The notes beneath the pieces are model-generated. The model saw only the letters and a list, made by a program, of their open reading frames with translations. It ran no database searches and was not told where the DNA came from. The position numbers and the translations under genes were made by a program. A stretch of DNA of 64,000 nucleotides from an uncultured Acidimicrobiaceae bacterium (lineage in GTDB: Bacteria; Actinomycetota; Acidimicrobiia; Acidimicrobiales; Bog-793), in the NCBI GenBank assembly GCA_963849105.1, contig CAWKGD010000003.1:705428-769427 (forward strand), given 5' to 3'. This document shows, piece after piece, positions 55,147-64,000 of the stretch (positions within the stretch are counted from its first letter, which is position 1; the number at the start of each line of letters is the position of its first letter).

Positions 55147-55798
55147 GCTTGCGCCGTAGCTGGCGCACGTGCACGTCGACCGTGCGCTCGTCGCCGATCC
55201 AGCCCGAACCCCAGACGGCGTCGAGGAGCTGGCGCCGGGTGAAGACGATGCGCTGGTTCTCGGCGAAGTGCAGCAACAAATCGAATTCGCGGGCCGTCAA
55301 CGCGACGGATCCGTCTTTTTTTGTGATCACTTCGCGTCGTGCCGGTTCGACGGTGACGTCCCCGACGATGATCGGTGTCGGAACCTGCCGCTTCGGACCG
55401 TCGGCGCGCCTCAAGATCGCGCGCACCCGCGCGACGAGCTCGCGGGGCGAGAAGGGTTTTGTGATGTAGTCGTCAGCGCCGAGTTCGAGACCGAGCACCC
55501 GGTCGACCTCGTCGTCGCGCGCCGTGAGGAAGACGACGGGGATATCACTCGCCTTGCGGATTTCCCGGCACATCTCGACCCCGTCGGTCGGGCCCGGAAG
55601 TCCGATGTCAAGCAGCACGAGGTGCGGCCGCTCGTTGGCGATCAACTCGAGGCCGCGCTTCGCGTCCGACGCCTGCAGGACGCGGTAACCCGCCTTGCGG
55701 AGGTAGAGATCGACGAGGTCGGCGATGTGGTAGTCGTCCTCGACGAGGACCACGGTCTTGTTGGCGTCCTCCTTCTCGACGCGGATCACGTCCGTCAT
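55091..55798 (-). CDS. OmpR/PhoB family response regulator
   Basis: Receiver domain (VLVEDD, LLDIGLPG, ITKPF) plus a winged-helix C-terminus (TAREFDLL..., VHVRQLRRKL, WGVGYR). Confidence 0.92.
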   Translation of the reverse strand: MTDVIRVEKEDANKTVVLVEDDYHIADLVDLYLRKAGYRVLQASDAKRGLELIANERPHLVLLDIGLPGPTDGVEMCREIRKASDIPVVFLTARDDEVDRVLGLELGADDYITKPFSPRELVARVRAILRRADGPKRQVPTPIIVGDVTVEPARREVITKKDGSVALTAREFDLLLHFAENQRIVFTRRQLLDAVWGSGWIGDERTVDVHVRQLRRKLGDALPLETIWGVGYRCD

Positions 55799-56004
55799 GC
55801 CAAAAGTTTGACGCACAGCGGCCGGCGTGGCGCGGCTATTCGTGGCAAAAAGATTTATAGGGCGTGGCCGATACGCTGTCGCGATGGCAAAGCGCCTGGC
55901 AGGAGCGCTATCCGGGCGCTTCCTGTCCCGGCGCAGCCCGGGCCGGTCGTCGTCGTCCGGGGCCTGCTGGAGCCCGATCGCGTGACGCGGGACCGGGGTG
56001 GCGC

Positions 56005-56655
56005 GTGTTCGTGAAGATCTGTGGGATCACCCACGAGGACGACGCGCTCTTGGCGGTGGCGATGGGTGCCGACGCCGTCGGATTCGTCTTCGCCCCTTCG
56101 CCGCGTCAGATGGCGATCGGCGCCGCGAGAGACATCGCGCGCCGCCTCCACCCGGAGGTGATCACCGTCGGGGTGTTCCGTGACGCCGCCCCACAGCGCG
56201 TCGTCGACGTCGTCTTCCAGGCGGGTTTGCGCGCCGCCCAGCTGTCAGGTCATGAGAGCCCCGAGGATGTCGCTTTTATTGCCCAGAAGATCCCCCTGGT
56301 AATCAAGGTCTTTCAGGCGAACTCGGCGGCGCTTGCCGATGCGAGCGACTACCGGGCCGACGCGATCTACGTCGACATGCCGGCGCAGCTTCCCGAGCGC
56401 ATCTTCGATTGGCGCCTCGCAGAGCGCGTGCCGAGCGGGACGCGGTTGATGATCGGCGGGGCGATCGATGCGGAGAACGTCGCTTCTGCGATCGCCCGGG
56501 TGCGACCGTGGGGAGTCGACGCGTCCGCGACCGTCGAGACGGCCGGCCGCAAAGATCCCCGCAAGGTGCGTGCTTTCATTCAGGCGGCGAAGGCCGCGGC
56601 CCCGGCGCCGACCGAGCCGCGGGACGGGCCGTACGACTGGCAAGAGGACTGGTAG
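56005..56655 (+). CDS. trpF: Phosphoribosylanthranilate isomerase
   Basis: Homology starts at VFVKICGIT (GTG 56005) inside ORF 55864..56655. (beta/alpha)8 TrpF pattern ...GADAVGFVF...SPR..., QLSGHE, GGAIDAENV. Confidence 0.8.
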   Translation: MFVKICGITHEDDALLAVAMGADAVGFVFAPSPRQMAIGAARDIARRLHPEVITVGVFRDAAPQRVVDVVFQAGLRAAQLSGHESPEDVAFIAQKIPLVIKVFQANSAALADASDYRADAIYVDMPAQLPERIFDWRLAERVPSGTRLMIGGAIDAENVASAIARVRPWGVDASATVETAGRKDPRKVRAFIQAAKAAAPAPTEPRDGPYDWQEDW

Positions 56656-56716
56656 GAGCCGCGGTCGGTCGAGGTGGCCAGCTGCATAGTCATCCAAGAT
56701 GACGTATGATTATGCG

Positions 56717-57727
56717 ATGAAGACGGCTGTCATCGGGGCGTCGGGATATCTCGGCGGAGAGCTGCTTCGCCTGCTCGCCGGGCACCCCGTCTTCGAAGTC
56801 GCCATCGCCCAGGGTGACCGATCCGCGGGAGAACGGGTCGCGGATCTCCATCCCGGACTCGATCTGGGCTACCCGGATCTCGTCGTCGAGTCGCTCGCCG
56901 CCGAAGCCGCCTCGCGGGCTGACGTCGTTTTCGTCGCGCTCCCGTCGGGACGTTCGCAAGATCTCGTCGCGGAGCTCGCCGGTTCGACGCGTGTCGTCGA
57001 CCTCGGCGCGGACTTTCGCCTCCGTGATGCAAAGGCCTACGAGCAGTGGTACGGCTTCACGCACCGCCACCCGGAGCTTCTTTCGCAGTCCGTTTACGGA
57101 CTTCCCGAGCTCAACCGGGCGGCGCTCGTCGGCGCGACGCTGATTGCCGCGCCGGGCTGTTACGTCACAGCGGCATCCCTCGCCCTCGTCCCGCTGTTGC
57201 AAGCAGGCGTGATCGAACCCGGTGGAGTGATCGTCGACGCGGCGAGTGGCGTGTCGGGGGCGGGCCGCGAACCGACGGCGTTCACGCACTTCGGCACGGT
57301 GAACGAGAACTTCGCGGCGTACGGACTGATCGACCACCGCCATACCCCGGAGATCGAACAGGTCACCGGCGCCAGGGTCCTCTTCACACCGCACCTCGCG
57401 CCGATGACGCGGGGAATCCTCGTCACCGCGTATGCGCGCGCGACGGCGCCTCACTCGACCGAACAGCTGCTCCAGATCGTCTCCGAGCGGTACCGCGGCG
57501 AGCGTTTCGTCGAGGTAGTCGAGCACTCCCCGGGGACGCGGGAGACCTACGGCTCCAATCTCGCCAAGCTCACCGTGCGCTCGGCGCCGCGCACCGGTCA
57601 CGTCCTCGCGATCTGCGCGATCGACAACCTCACCAAGGGCGGCGCCGGACAGGCGATCCAGGCGGCGAACATCGCCTGCGGGATCGACGAGGCGTCCGGC
57701 CTCGATCTCACACCCGTGATGCCGTGA
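56717..57727 (+). CDS. argC: N-acetyl-gamma-glutamyl-phosphate reductase
   Basis: VIGASGYLGGELLRLL Rossmann motif and catalytic Cys context APGCYVTA. An alternative ATG is at 56699. Confidence 0.92.
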   Translation: MKTAVIGASGYLGGELLRLLAGHPVFEVAIAQGDRSAGERVADLHPGLDLGYPDLVVESLAAEAASRADVVFVALPSGRSQDLVAELAGSTRVVDLGADFRLRDAKAYEQWYGFTHRHPELLSQSVYGLPELNRAALVGATLIAAPGCYVTAASLALVPLLQAGVIEPGGVIVDAASGVSGAGREPTAFTHFGTVNENFAAYGLIDHRHTPEIEQVTGARVLFTPHLAPMTRGILVTAYARATAPHSTEQLLQIVSERYRGERFVEVVEHSPGTRETYGSNLAKLTVRSAPRTGHVLAICAIDNLTKGGAGQAIQAANIACGIDEASGLDLTPVMP

Positions 57728-58602
57728 CGACGTCCGCGAGCCACGATCCGGCGACGACGGCATCGGTCCTCGTCGAGGCGATCCCGTTTATCCGGCGGTT
57801 CTCCGGTTCCGTCGTCGTCGTGAAGCTCGGCGGCAGTGCGCTCGTTCGGGGACCCGAGGCGACCTCGGCTCTCGAGGGATTCGCGCAAGACGTTGTCCTC
57901 GCCCGCAGCGTCGGGATGCTGCCCGTAGTCGTGCACGGCGGCGGTCCGCAGATCAGCGCGCTGATGGAGCGCCTCGGAAAGAGTCCGGAGTTCCGCGCCG
58001 GAATGCGCGTCACCGACGCCGAGACGCTCGACATCGCGCGCATGGTGCTCGTCGGCAAGGTGAACCGCGACATCGTCGGGGCTTTGAACGTCCACGCGCC
58101 GGTCGCGGTCGGGCTCTCCGGCGAGGACGCGGGGTTCATCCGCGCGATCGAGCGCGACCCGGAGCTCGGCTTTGTGGGCGACGTCTCGTCCGTCGACCCG
58201 GAGCTCTTGCGACACCTGTTGCACGAAGGTGTCGTCCCTGTGGTGGCGACGATCGCCTCCGGCGACGGGGGACAGGCGTACAACGTGAACGCCGACGCTG
58301 TCGCGAGCGCAGTCGCGGCGTCGTTGGGTGCGCGAAAGCTCATCTACCTCACCGATGTGAATGGCGTGCGCCGTGTGGCGGACGATGTGGCGTCGGTGAT
58401 CTCGAGCGCGACCGCGGACGATCTGCAGGCGCTGATCGACGACGGGACGATCTCGGGCGGCATGGTTCCAAAGGCCCGTGCGTGCATCGACGCGGTGCGA
58501 GGGGGCGTTGCGGCCGCACACGTGCTCGACGGACGAACGGCACACGCACTGTTGCTTGAGCTCTTTACCGAGTCCGGAGTCGGAACGATGGTGACCGCAT
58601 GA
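57724..58602 (+). CDS. argB: Acetylglutamate kinase
   Basis: VVVKLGGSA, VVHGGGPQI and the NVNAD motif. Its GTG overlaps the argC stop as GTGA. The long ORF 57046..58602 is an artefact. Confidence 0.92.
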   Translation: MTTSASHDPATTASVLVEAIPFIRRFSGSVVVVKLGGSALVRGPEATSALEGFAQDVVLARSVGMLPVVVHGGGPQISALMERLGKSPEFRAGMRVTDAETLDIARMVLVGKVNRDIVGALNVHAPVAVGLSGEDAGFIRAIERDPELGFVGDVSSVDPELLRHLLHEGVVPVVATIASGDGGQAYNVNADAVASAVAASLGARKLIYLTDVNGVRRVADDVASVISSATADDLQALIDDGTISGGMVPKARACIDAVRGGVAAAHVLDGRTAHALLLELFTESGVGTMVTA

Positions 58603-59780
58603 CGAGCCCGTTGATGCCGACGTACCGGACACCGACGGTTCGTTTTGTCTCGGGCTCTGGTGCATGGCTCGTCGACGCGGAAGGCAACCGCTACCTCGAT
58701 TTTCTCTCTGGGATCGCCGTGACTTCGCTCGGACACGCCCACCCGGCAGTGCGCGATGCGATCTGCAGCCAGGCAGGCAAGCTTCTGCACGTCTCGAACC
58801 TCTTCGCGAACGGGCTGAACGAGGAGGTCGCGACGATTCTTGACACCCTCGTCGGCGACGGAGAGCCGCTCGGCGGAAAGGTCTTCTTCGCCAACTCCGG
58901 GGCTGAGGCGAACGAGTGCGCGATCAAGCTCACGCGGCGCGCGACGCCCGAAGGCCGCTTCGCGATCGTCACGGCGCACGACTCATTCCATGGCCGCACG
59001 ATGGCGACGCTCGCCGCGACCGGTCAGCCCCACAAACAGGCTCCCTTCATGCCGCTGCCGGACGGTTTTCACTACGTCGAATACGGCGACCCCGCGGCGA
59101 TCCAATCCGGTGTTCGACCGGACACCGCCGGCGTGATGCTCGAACCGATCCTCGGGGAGGCGGGGGTCGTGACGCCGCCGAAGGGCTACCTCAAAAAGGT
59201 ACGCGAGATCTGCGACGAGCTCGAACTTCTGCTGATCGTCGACGAGATCCAGACGGGATTGGCGCGCACCGGTCGGTGGTTCGCGTTCCAAGACGAGGGT
59301 GTGCTCCCCGACATCGTGACGATGGCGAAGGCGCTCGGCAACGGCGTTCCGGTCGGGGCGTGCTGGGCGCGCGACAGCGTCGCGGGGTCATTCGAACCCG
59401 GCGACCATGGCTCGACTTTTGGTGGGCAGCCCCTCGCGATGTCAGCCGCGAAGGCGACCCTCGAAACGATGCTTTCCATCGATGCTCCGGCGCTCGCCCG
59501 TGCTGCCGGGGAGCGTCTTCGCGAGTCATTGGGCTCGGTCGAAGGTGTCTACGAGGTACGCGGCGCCGGATTACTCGTCGGCGTTGTGTTGGCATCGGGA
59601 GTTGACGCCCACGTCGTTGCTGAGAAGGCGCTCGATTTCGGTGTCGTCGTCAACGACGTGACACCGTCGGTGATCCGGCTCTGTCCGCCGCTCATCGTCT
59701 CCGACGACGAGATCGAAGAGGGCGTCGACCGCCTGCGTCGGGCGATGGGTGTCGCCATGTCGGTCGCAAGGACCGGGTGA
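58599..59780 (+). CDS. argD: Acetylornithine aminotransferase
   Basis: Class III aminotransferase with DEIQTGLARTG and MAKALGNG (PLP lysine). It overlaps argB by 4 nt. Confidence 0.92.
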   Translation: MTSPLMPTYRTPTVRFVSGSGAWLVDAEGNRYLDFLSGIAVTSLGHAHPAVRDAICSQAGKLLHVSNLFANGLNEEVATILDTLVGDGEPLGGKVFFANSGAEANECAIKLTRRATPEGRFAIVTAHDSFHGRTMATLAATGQPHKQAPFMPLPDGFHYVEYGDPAAIQSGVRPDTAGVMLEPILGEAGVVTPPKGYLKKVREICDELELLLIVDEIQTGLARTGRWFAFQDEGVLPDIVTMAKALGNGVPVGACWARDSVAGSFEPGDHGSTFGGQPLAMSAAKATLETMLSIDAPALARAAGERLRESLGSVEGVYEVRGAGLLVGVVLASGVDAHVVAEKALDFGVVVNDVTPSVIRLCPPLIVSDDEIEEGVDRLRRAMGVAMSVARTG

Positions 59781-59790
59781 GGAGCGCGCG

Positions 59791-60687
59791 ATGAATCTGC
59801 TGCGAGTTGGGGACTTGTCTCCCGGAGCACTCGAGCGTGTGCTCGTGCTCGCCGACGAGAGCGATCCGGTGCCGGTGTTGGCAGGACGCGGCGTCGCGCT
59901 CGTCTTCGAGCACCCGTCGAACCGCACGCGCAACGCAACCGAAATGGCGGTCGTTGGCCTCGGCGGACATCCCGCGTCGATCATGCGGGACGAAGTCGGA
60001 ATTGACGTCCGCGAGTCAGCAGAAGACGTCGCGCGGACGCTCGCCTGCTACCACGCGGCGCTCTGTGTGCGGGCAGCGCGGCACTCGACACTCGAGCGGA
60101 TGGCGGCTTCATTGGAAGGCACCGACGTGCCGATCATCAACCTGTTGTCCGACGTCGAGCACCCGACCCAGGCCATCGCGGACGTGAAGACGATCCGCGA
60201 CGAGTTCGGCACCGTGTCCGGAAAGAAGGTCGCGTACATCGGCGACGCGAACAACGTCTGCCGTTCTCTCGCGTTCGCCGTGGCGGCGCTCGCCGGCGAA
60301 TTCGTCATCGCAAGCCCGCCGCAATTCACGATGAGCGACGAGGTACTGAACGCGACGAAAGGACTCGCTGGGCGAGTGGGCGTGGCGAGCTCACCTGCAG
60401 AAGCGGCGGAGGGCGCTGACGTGCTCTACACCGACGTTTGGGTGTCGATGGGCGAGGGCGACGCCGAGGAAAAGCGCAAGGCGTTCACCGGCTTCACGAT
60501 CGACGACGAACTCGTCGCCCGAGCCGCACCACACGCGATCGTCCTGCACTGCCTGCCTGCGCACCGCGGTGAGGAAATCACCGCGTCCGTGCTCGACGGG
60601 TCGCACAGCCGCGTGTGGCGACAGGCGCGCAACCGCCTTGAAGCGGTGCGCGGGGTGCTCTCGTACGTGCTCGGAGGTGACCGTTGA
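59791..60687 (+). CDS. argF: Ornithine carbamoyltransferase
   Basis: SNRTR carbamoyl-phosphate motif, HPTQ, DVWVSMG and HCLPAHRGEE. ATG 59791 has a GAGGAG RBS. Confidence 0.92.
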   Translation: MNLLRVGDLSPGALERVLVLADESDPVPVLAGRGVALVFEHPSNRTRNATEMAVVGLGGHPASIMRDEVGIDVRESAEDVARTLACYHAALCVRAARHSTLERMAASLEGTDVPIINLLSDVEHPTQAIADVKTIRDEFGTVSGKKVAYIGDANNVCRSLAFAVAALAGEFVIASPPQFTMSDEVLNATKGLAGRVGVASSPAEAAEGADVLYTDVWVSMGEGDAEEKRKAFTGFTIDDELVARAAPHAIVLHCLPAHRGEEITASVLDGSHSRVWRQARNRLEAVRGVLSYVLGGDR

Positions 60688-61157
60688 GCCGGATCCCGAA
60701 GAACCGACGCCAGCACCTCGTCGCGAGGTTGCTCGCCGAGTTCCCCGTGACGAATCAGCCACAACTGGTCGACTTGCTCGCGGAACGGGGCATTGACGCG
60801 ACCCAGGCAACGGTCTCGCGCGACTTGGAAGAGCTCGGCGCGGTGAAGGTCCGCCTTCCTGGGTCGACGCGTCCCGTCTACGCGGTCGCAGAACCCGAAC
60901 AAGCCCCGCCAGCGCCGGTCGATCACCTGCGCCGCGTCCTTGGGGAGTGGGTCGTCGATGTCGCCTGCTCGGCGAATCTCGTCGTGGTCCGTACACCGCC
61001 GGGATCGGCGCACGTCGTCGCCTCTGCGATCGATCGCACCCGCGTCGAAGGCGTCGTCGGTACGGTGGCCGGCGACGACACCGTGCTCGTGATCGCCGAC
61101 GAGGCGATCGGCGGTACCACACTCGCGAAGCAGATCTCGGAAATGTCCGGGCAATAA
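60684..61157 (+). CDS. argR: Arginine repressor
   Basis: N-terminal wHTH (QATVSRDLEELG) and a C-terminal oligomerisation/arginine-binding region (GTVAGDDTVLVI). Confidence 0.9.
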   Translation: MSRIPKNRRQHLVARLLAEFPVTNQPQLVDLLAERGIDATQATVSRDLEELGAVKVRLPGSTRPVYAVAEPEQAPPAPVDHLRRVLGEWVVDVACSANLVVVRTPPGSAHVVASAIDRTRVEGVVGTVAGDDTVLVIADEAIGGTTLAKQISEMSGQ

Positions 61158-61171
61158 GGGAGAGGTCGCAG

Positions 61172-62389
61172 ATGTCCAAACGCGTCGCGCTCGCGTACTC
61201 CGGGGGTCTCGATACCTCCGTCGCCGTGCACTGGCTGCACGCCCAACTCGATTACGAAGTGATCGCGGTCACGGTCGACGTCGGACAGGGGGGCGACTTC
61301 GGTTCGATCCGTGAGCGCGCCCTCGCCGCGGGGGCTGTGGAAGCTATCGTCCGGGATGCCCGCGACGAGTTCGCCCACGACTTCGTCGTTCCCGCCATCC
61401 AGGCGAACGCCTTGTACGAGAGTCGGTATCCGCTCGTCTCCGCGCTCGCGCGTCCGGTGATCGCTCGTCAGGTCGTCGCCGAGGCGAGGCGCCACGGTGC
61501 GACCGCTGTCGCGCACGGGTGCACCGGCAAGGGCAACGATCAGGTCCGCTTCGAGATCGGCACGCGAGCGCTCGCGCCGGATCTCGACATCGTCGCCCCG
61601 GTCCGCGTGTGGAAGATGACCCGCGAGGACACCGTCGACTACGCGCAGAAGTTCGACATCCCGATCACCGCTTCGAAAGAGCGCATCTATTCGATCGACG
61701 AGAACCTGTGGGGCCGAACGATCGAATGCGGCGAGATCGAAGACCCCTGGGTCGCGCCTCCCGACGATGTCTACGAGCGCACGGTTGAGAAGGCCTCGGA
61801 GCCCGTTGAAGTCGTGATCGGCTTCGAATCCGGTGTACCCGTCACCCTCGACGGTCGCTCGATGCCTCTTGTCGAGCTGATCCGGGAACTCGACCGCACC
61901 GCCGGCGGGCGAGGGTTCGGTCGGATTGACATGGTGGAGAACCGGCGAGTCGGCATCAAAAGCCGTGAGATCTACGAATGCGCTGCTGCTCTGGCGCTTA
62001 TTACCGCGCACATCGACCTCGAGGGCATCACCTTGGAGCGGGACGTCGCACACGAAAAGTCGCGGCTGGAACCGAGGTTTGCAGAACTCGTCTACGACGG
62101 CATGTGGTACTCGCCGCTCAGGGAGGCGATTGGTGCCTTCGTCTCCTCGACTCAGCAACACGTCACGGGGGAGGTCCGCATCCAATTTGCGCCGGGAGGC
62201 GCCGCGACCGTGCTCGGCCGGCGCAGTCCATTCGGCCTCTATGACTACGGGCTCGCGACCTATGACGCGGCGGACGCGTTCCGCCACGAAGACGCCGAGG
62301 GATTCGTCCGGATCTACGGGCTCGGGATCAAGACCTGGGCGAGCCGCCAAGGTCCGGGCTCGTCCAGCGGTCCGGCCGACGCGGAGTAG
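61172..62389 (+). CDS. argG: Argininosuccinate synthase
   Basis: AYSGGLDTS N-terminus and GCTGKGNDQVRFE. ATG 61172 is preceded by AAGGGAGAGG. Confidence 0.94.
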   Translation: MSKRVALAYSGGLDTSVAVHWLHAQLDYEVIAVTVDVGQGGDFGSIRERALAAGAVEAIVRDARDEFAHDFVVPAIQANALYESRYPLVSALARPVIARQVVAEARRHGATAVAHGCTGKGNDQVRFEIGTRALAPDLDIVAPVRVWKMTREDTVDYAQKFDIPITASKERIYSIDENLWGRTIECGEIEDPWVAPPDDVYERTVEKASEPVEVVIGFESGVPVTLDGRSMPLVELIRELDRTAGGRGFGRIDMVENRRVGIKSREIYECAAALALITAHIDLEGITLERDVAHEKSRLEPRFAELVYDGMWYSPLREAIGAFVSSTQQHVTGEVRIQFAPGGAATVLGRRSPFGLYDYGLATYDAADAFRHEDAEGFVRIYGLGIKTWASRQGPGSSSGPADAE

Positions 62390-62400
62390 GTCGGTCGCCG

Positions 62401-63768
62401 GTGTCGCTCTGGTCGCGACGCATGCGCGCCGCGTCAGCGCCTGAGATGAAGCGGTTCACCGAGAGCCTCTCGTTCGACAAGGTGCTCGGCATCGACGACG
62501 TTGAAGGTTCCAAAGCGCACGTGCGCGGCCTCGGTCGGGCAAAGATCCTCAGTCCGTCCGAGGTCGATTCGCTGCTCCAGGCGCTCTCAACGGTACGGGT
62601 TGAGTTCGAGGCCGACACCTTCGCGTTCGCGGACGGTGACGAGGACGTCCACACGGCGATCGAACGCCGCGTGACAGAGCTCGCCGGCGAGACCGGCGCC
62701 CGGCTCCACACGGCGAGAAGTCGTAACGACCAAGTGGCGACGGCGCTGCGGTTGTATACGTCACGACAGATCGCGAGGACTGTCGATGCGGTGCTCCGGC
62801 TTTGCGAAGCGTTGCTCGATCGCGCGCTTTCGGTCGGAGATGCGGAAGTATCCGGATATACACATCTCCAGCGCGCGCAGCGTGTGCCGATCGCCTGGCA
62901 GCTCAGCGCACACGACTGGTCGCTACTGCGCGACGTCGATCGGTTTTTTGATGCTCTGGAGCGCGTGGAGGTATCGCCGCTTGGCGCGGCGGCGGTCGGT
63001 GGATCCTCATTACCGATCGACCCGCTCGAGACGGCGCGAGATCTCGGCTTCGATCGTGCATTCGAGAATCCGATCGACGCCGTCGCGGATCGAGATTTCG
63101 TGGCTGAGACACTCTTTGCGATTGCGCTCTTAGGGGTACATCTCTCGCGGCTCGGCGAGGAGATCGCGATCTACTCGACGAGCGAGTTCGGTTTCTACGT
63201 GCTCGACGACGCTTGGGCGACGGGGAGCTCGATGCTTCCGCAAAAAAAGAATCCGGACGTGGCCGAGCTCGCTCGAGCAAAAAGCGGGCGCCTAATCGGA
63301 CACCTGACCGGCTTCCTCACGACATTGAAGGGTCTCCCGTTCGCGTACAACCGTGACCTTCAAGAGGACAAGGAGCCTCTCTTCGATTCGTTCTCGCAGA
63401 TCAACCTCGCTCTCGACGCACTCGCTGGTGTCGTCCAGACGATGCGATTCGACCTCGATGCGATGCGCGCCGCCGCCAGCGACGCGAATGTGCGGGCCGT
63501 CGAGCTCGCGGAGTGGATGGTCGAGCGGGGGGTCCCGTTCCGGGAGGCACACGGAACGGTCGCCGAGCTCGTGCGGCGTTCAATCGAGGAAATGCGGCCG
63601 TTACCCGATCTCGTTCGTGAGGCCGATCAACTCGGCCCCGAGGCGCTCTTCGTCTTCGAAGCTGAGCCGCGTATCCCGCTGGAAACGGTGTCCGAGCAGC
63701 TCGACCGTCTTCGACGGGCGATTGAATTGCGTCGTGGACGCGTTCGGAATTCCCGCCACGCAGACTGA
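62401..63768 (+). CDS. argH: Argininosuccinate lyase
   Basis: Fumarate-lyase superfamily signature [12 protein letters not shown]. 455 aa. Confidence 0.93.
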   Translation: MSLWSRRMRAASAPEMKRFTESLSFDKVLGIDDVEGSKAHVRGLGRAKILSPSEVDSLLQALSTVRVEFEADTFAFADGDEDVHTAIERRVTELAGETGARLHTARSRNDQVATALRLYTSRQIARTVDAVLRLCEALLDRALSVGDAEVSGYTHLQRAQRVPIAWQLSAHDWSLLRDVDRFFDALERVEVSPLGAAAVGGSSLPIDPLETARDLGFDRAFENPIDAVADRDFVAETLFAIALLGVHLSRLGEEIAIYSTSEFGFYVLDDAWATGSSMLPQKKNPDVAELARAKSGRLIGHLTGFLTTLKGLPFAYNRDLQEDKEPLFDSFSQINLALDALAGVVQTMRFDLDAMRAAASDANVRAVELAEWMVERGVPFREAHGTVAELVRRSIEEMRPLPDLVREADQLGPEALFVFEAEPRIPLETVSEQLDRLRRAIELRRGRVRNSRHAD

Positions 63769-64000
63769 ATTCGGCCGGTCGGCGGCGATCGAGCGTGCCT
63801 TTTTCTCCGGCGATCCGGTCGACGTCGCTCCGCGCGTTCTCAACTTGCTGCTCGCCGCCAACGGGGTCGTCGGTCGCATCGTCGAGGTTGAGGCGTACGC
63901 GGGGAAGCGGGATGCGGCGAGTCATGCCTATCGGGGCCGGACACCTCGGAATGGCACGATGTTCGGACCTCCGGGGCACCTGTACGTCTATTTCACTTAC
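63734..64000 (+). CDS. DNA-3-methyladenine glycosylase (Mpg/AAG family), 5' partial, runs off the window
   Basis: An open frame reaching the window edge reads [43 protein letters not shown], which is diagnostic of Mpg. It is absent from the ORF track because it has no stop. The start is GTG 63734 or TTG 63722, overlapping the argH end. Confidence 0.75.
   Translation, partial: MDAFGIPATQTEFGRSAAIERAFFSGDPVDVAPRVLNLLLAANGVVGRIVEVEAYAGKRDAASHAYRGRTPRNGTMFGPPGHLYVYFTY

Noticed and set aside
1-64000. CRISPR arrays, tandem repeats, IS elements, integrases, prophage or plasmid genes, rRNA/tRNA genes
   Set aside because: Reading all intergenic gaps showed none. The only gaps longer than 150 nt are 1-549, 12847-13123, 18656-18879, 42301-42857 and 55817-56004. 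No transposase- or integrase-like ORF appears in the six-frame track.

Overview
High-GC chromosomal segment (judged by eye) whose gene content and order look like the core genome of an Actinomycetota-type bacterium. I cannot place it more precisely without a search. It has about 60 protein genes at high coding density, many with 4-nt start/stop overlaps. I found no rRNA, tRNA, CRISPR array, transposase or integrase. From left to right: (1) a DrrAB-like ABC-2 exporter, followed by a 350-nt structured non-coding tail. (2) An accessory-looking amine catabolism island at 2.9-12.8 kb that uses gamma-glutamylation: APC permease, GS-like ligase, ALDH, SDR, PuuD-like hydrolase, MarR, class-III aminotransferase and FAD oxidase. 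(3) Assorted stress and redox genes: orphan ParB-fold protein, MscS, Zn-ADH, TlpA, TetR-transketolase, DedA and 1-Cys peroxiredoxin. (4) The housekeeping run rel-hisS-aspS-rarA-alaS-ruvX-aroE. (5) Two convergent SEDS (RodA/FtsW) genes flanking a bifunctional-nuclease gene. (6) ppk1-ppx. (7) A glyoxylate-shunt module, aceB-aceA, with a divergent RamB/ScfR-type regulator. (8) menF-menG, rlmN, nth, a GroES-like paralog, ygfZ and a two-component system. (9) trpF followed by argC-B-D-F-R-G-H with no argJ, and the 5' end of a 3-methyladenine glycosylase gene. I did not find a convincing novel multi-gene system. The strongest oddities are: single-base reading-frame breaks in rel and in the ramB-like gene, both -1 events next to C/G runs, so assembly error must be excluded; a decayed MalK/MsiK-type ABC ATPase remnant; paired operator-like repeats in the ramB/aceB intergenic region; the orphan lower-GC ParB-fold gene; and the unassigned structured RNA-like region at the left edge. 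Many start coordinates were moved inward from the ORF track to where homology begins and are approximate.
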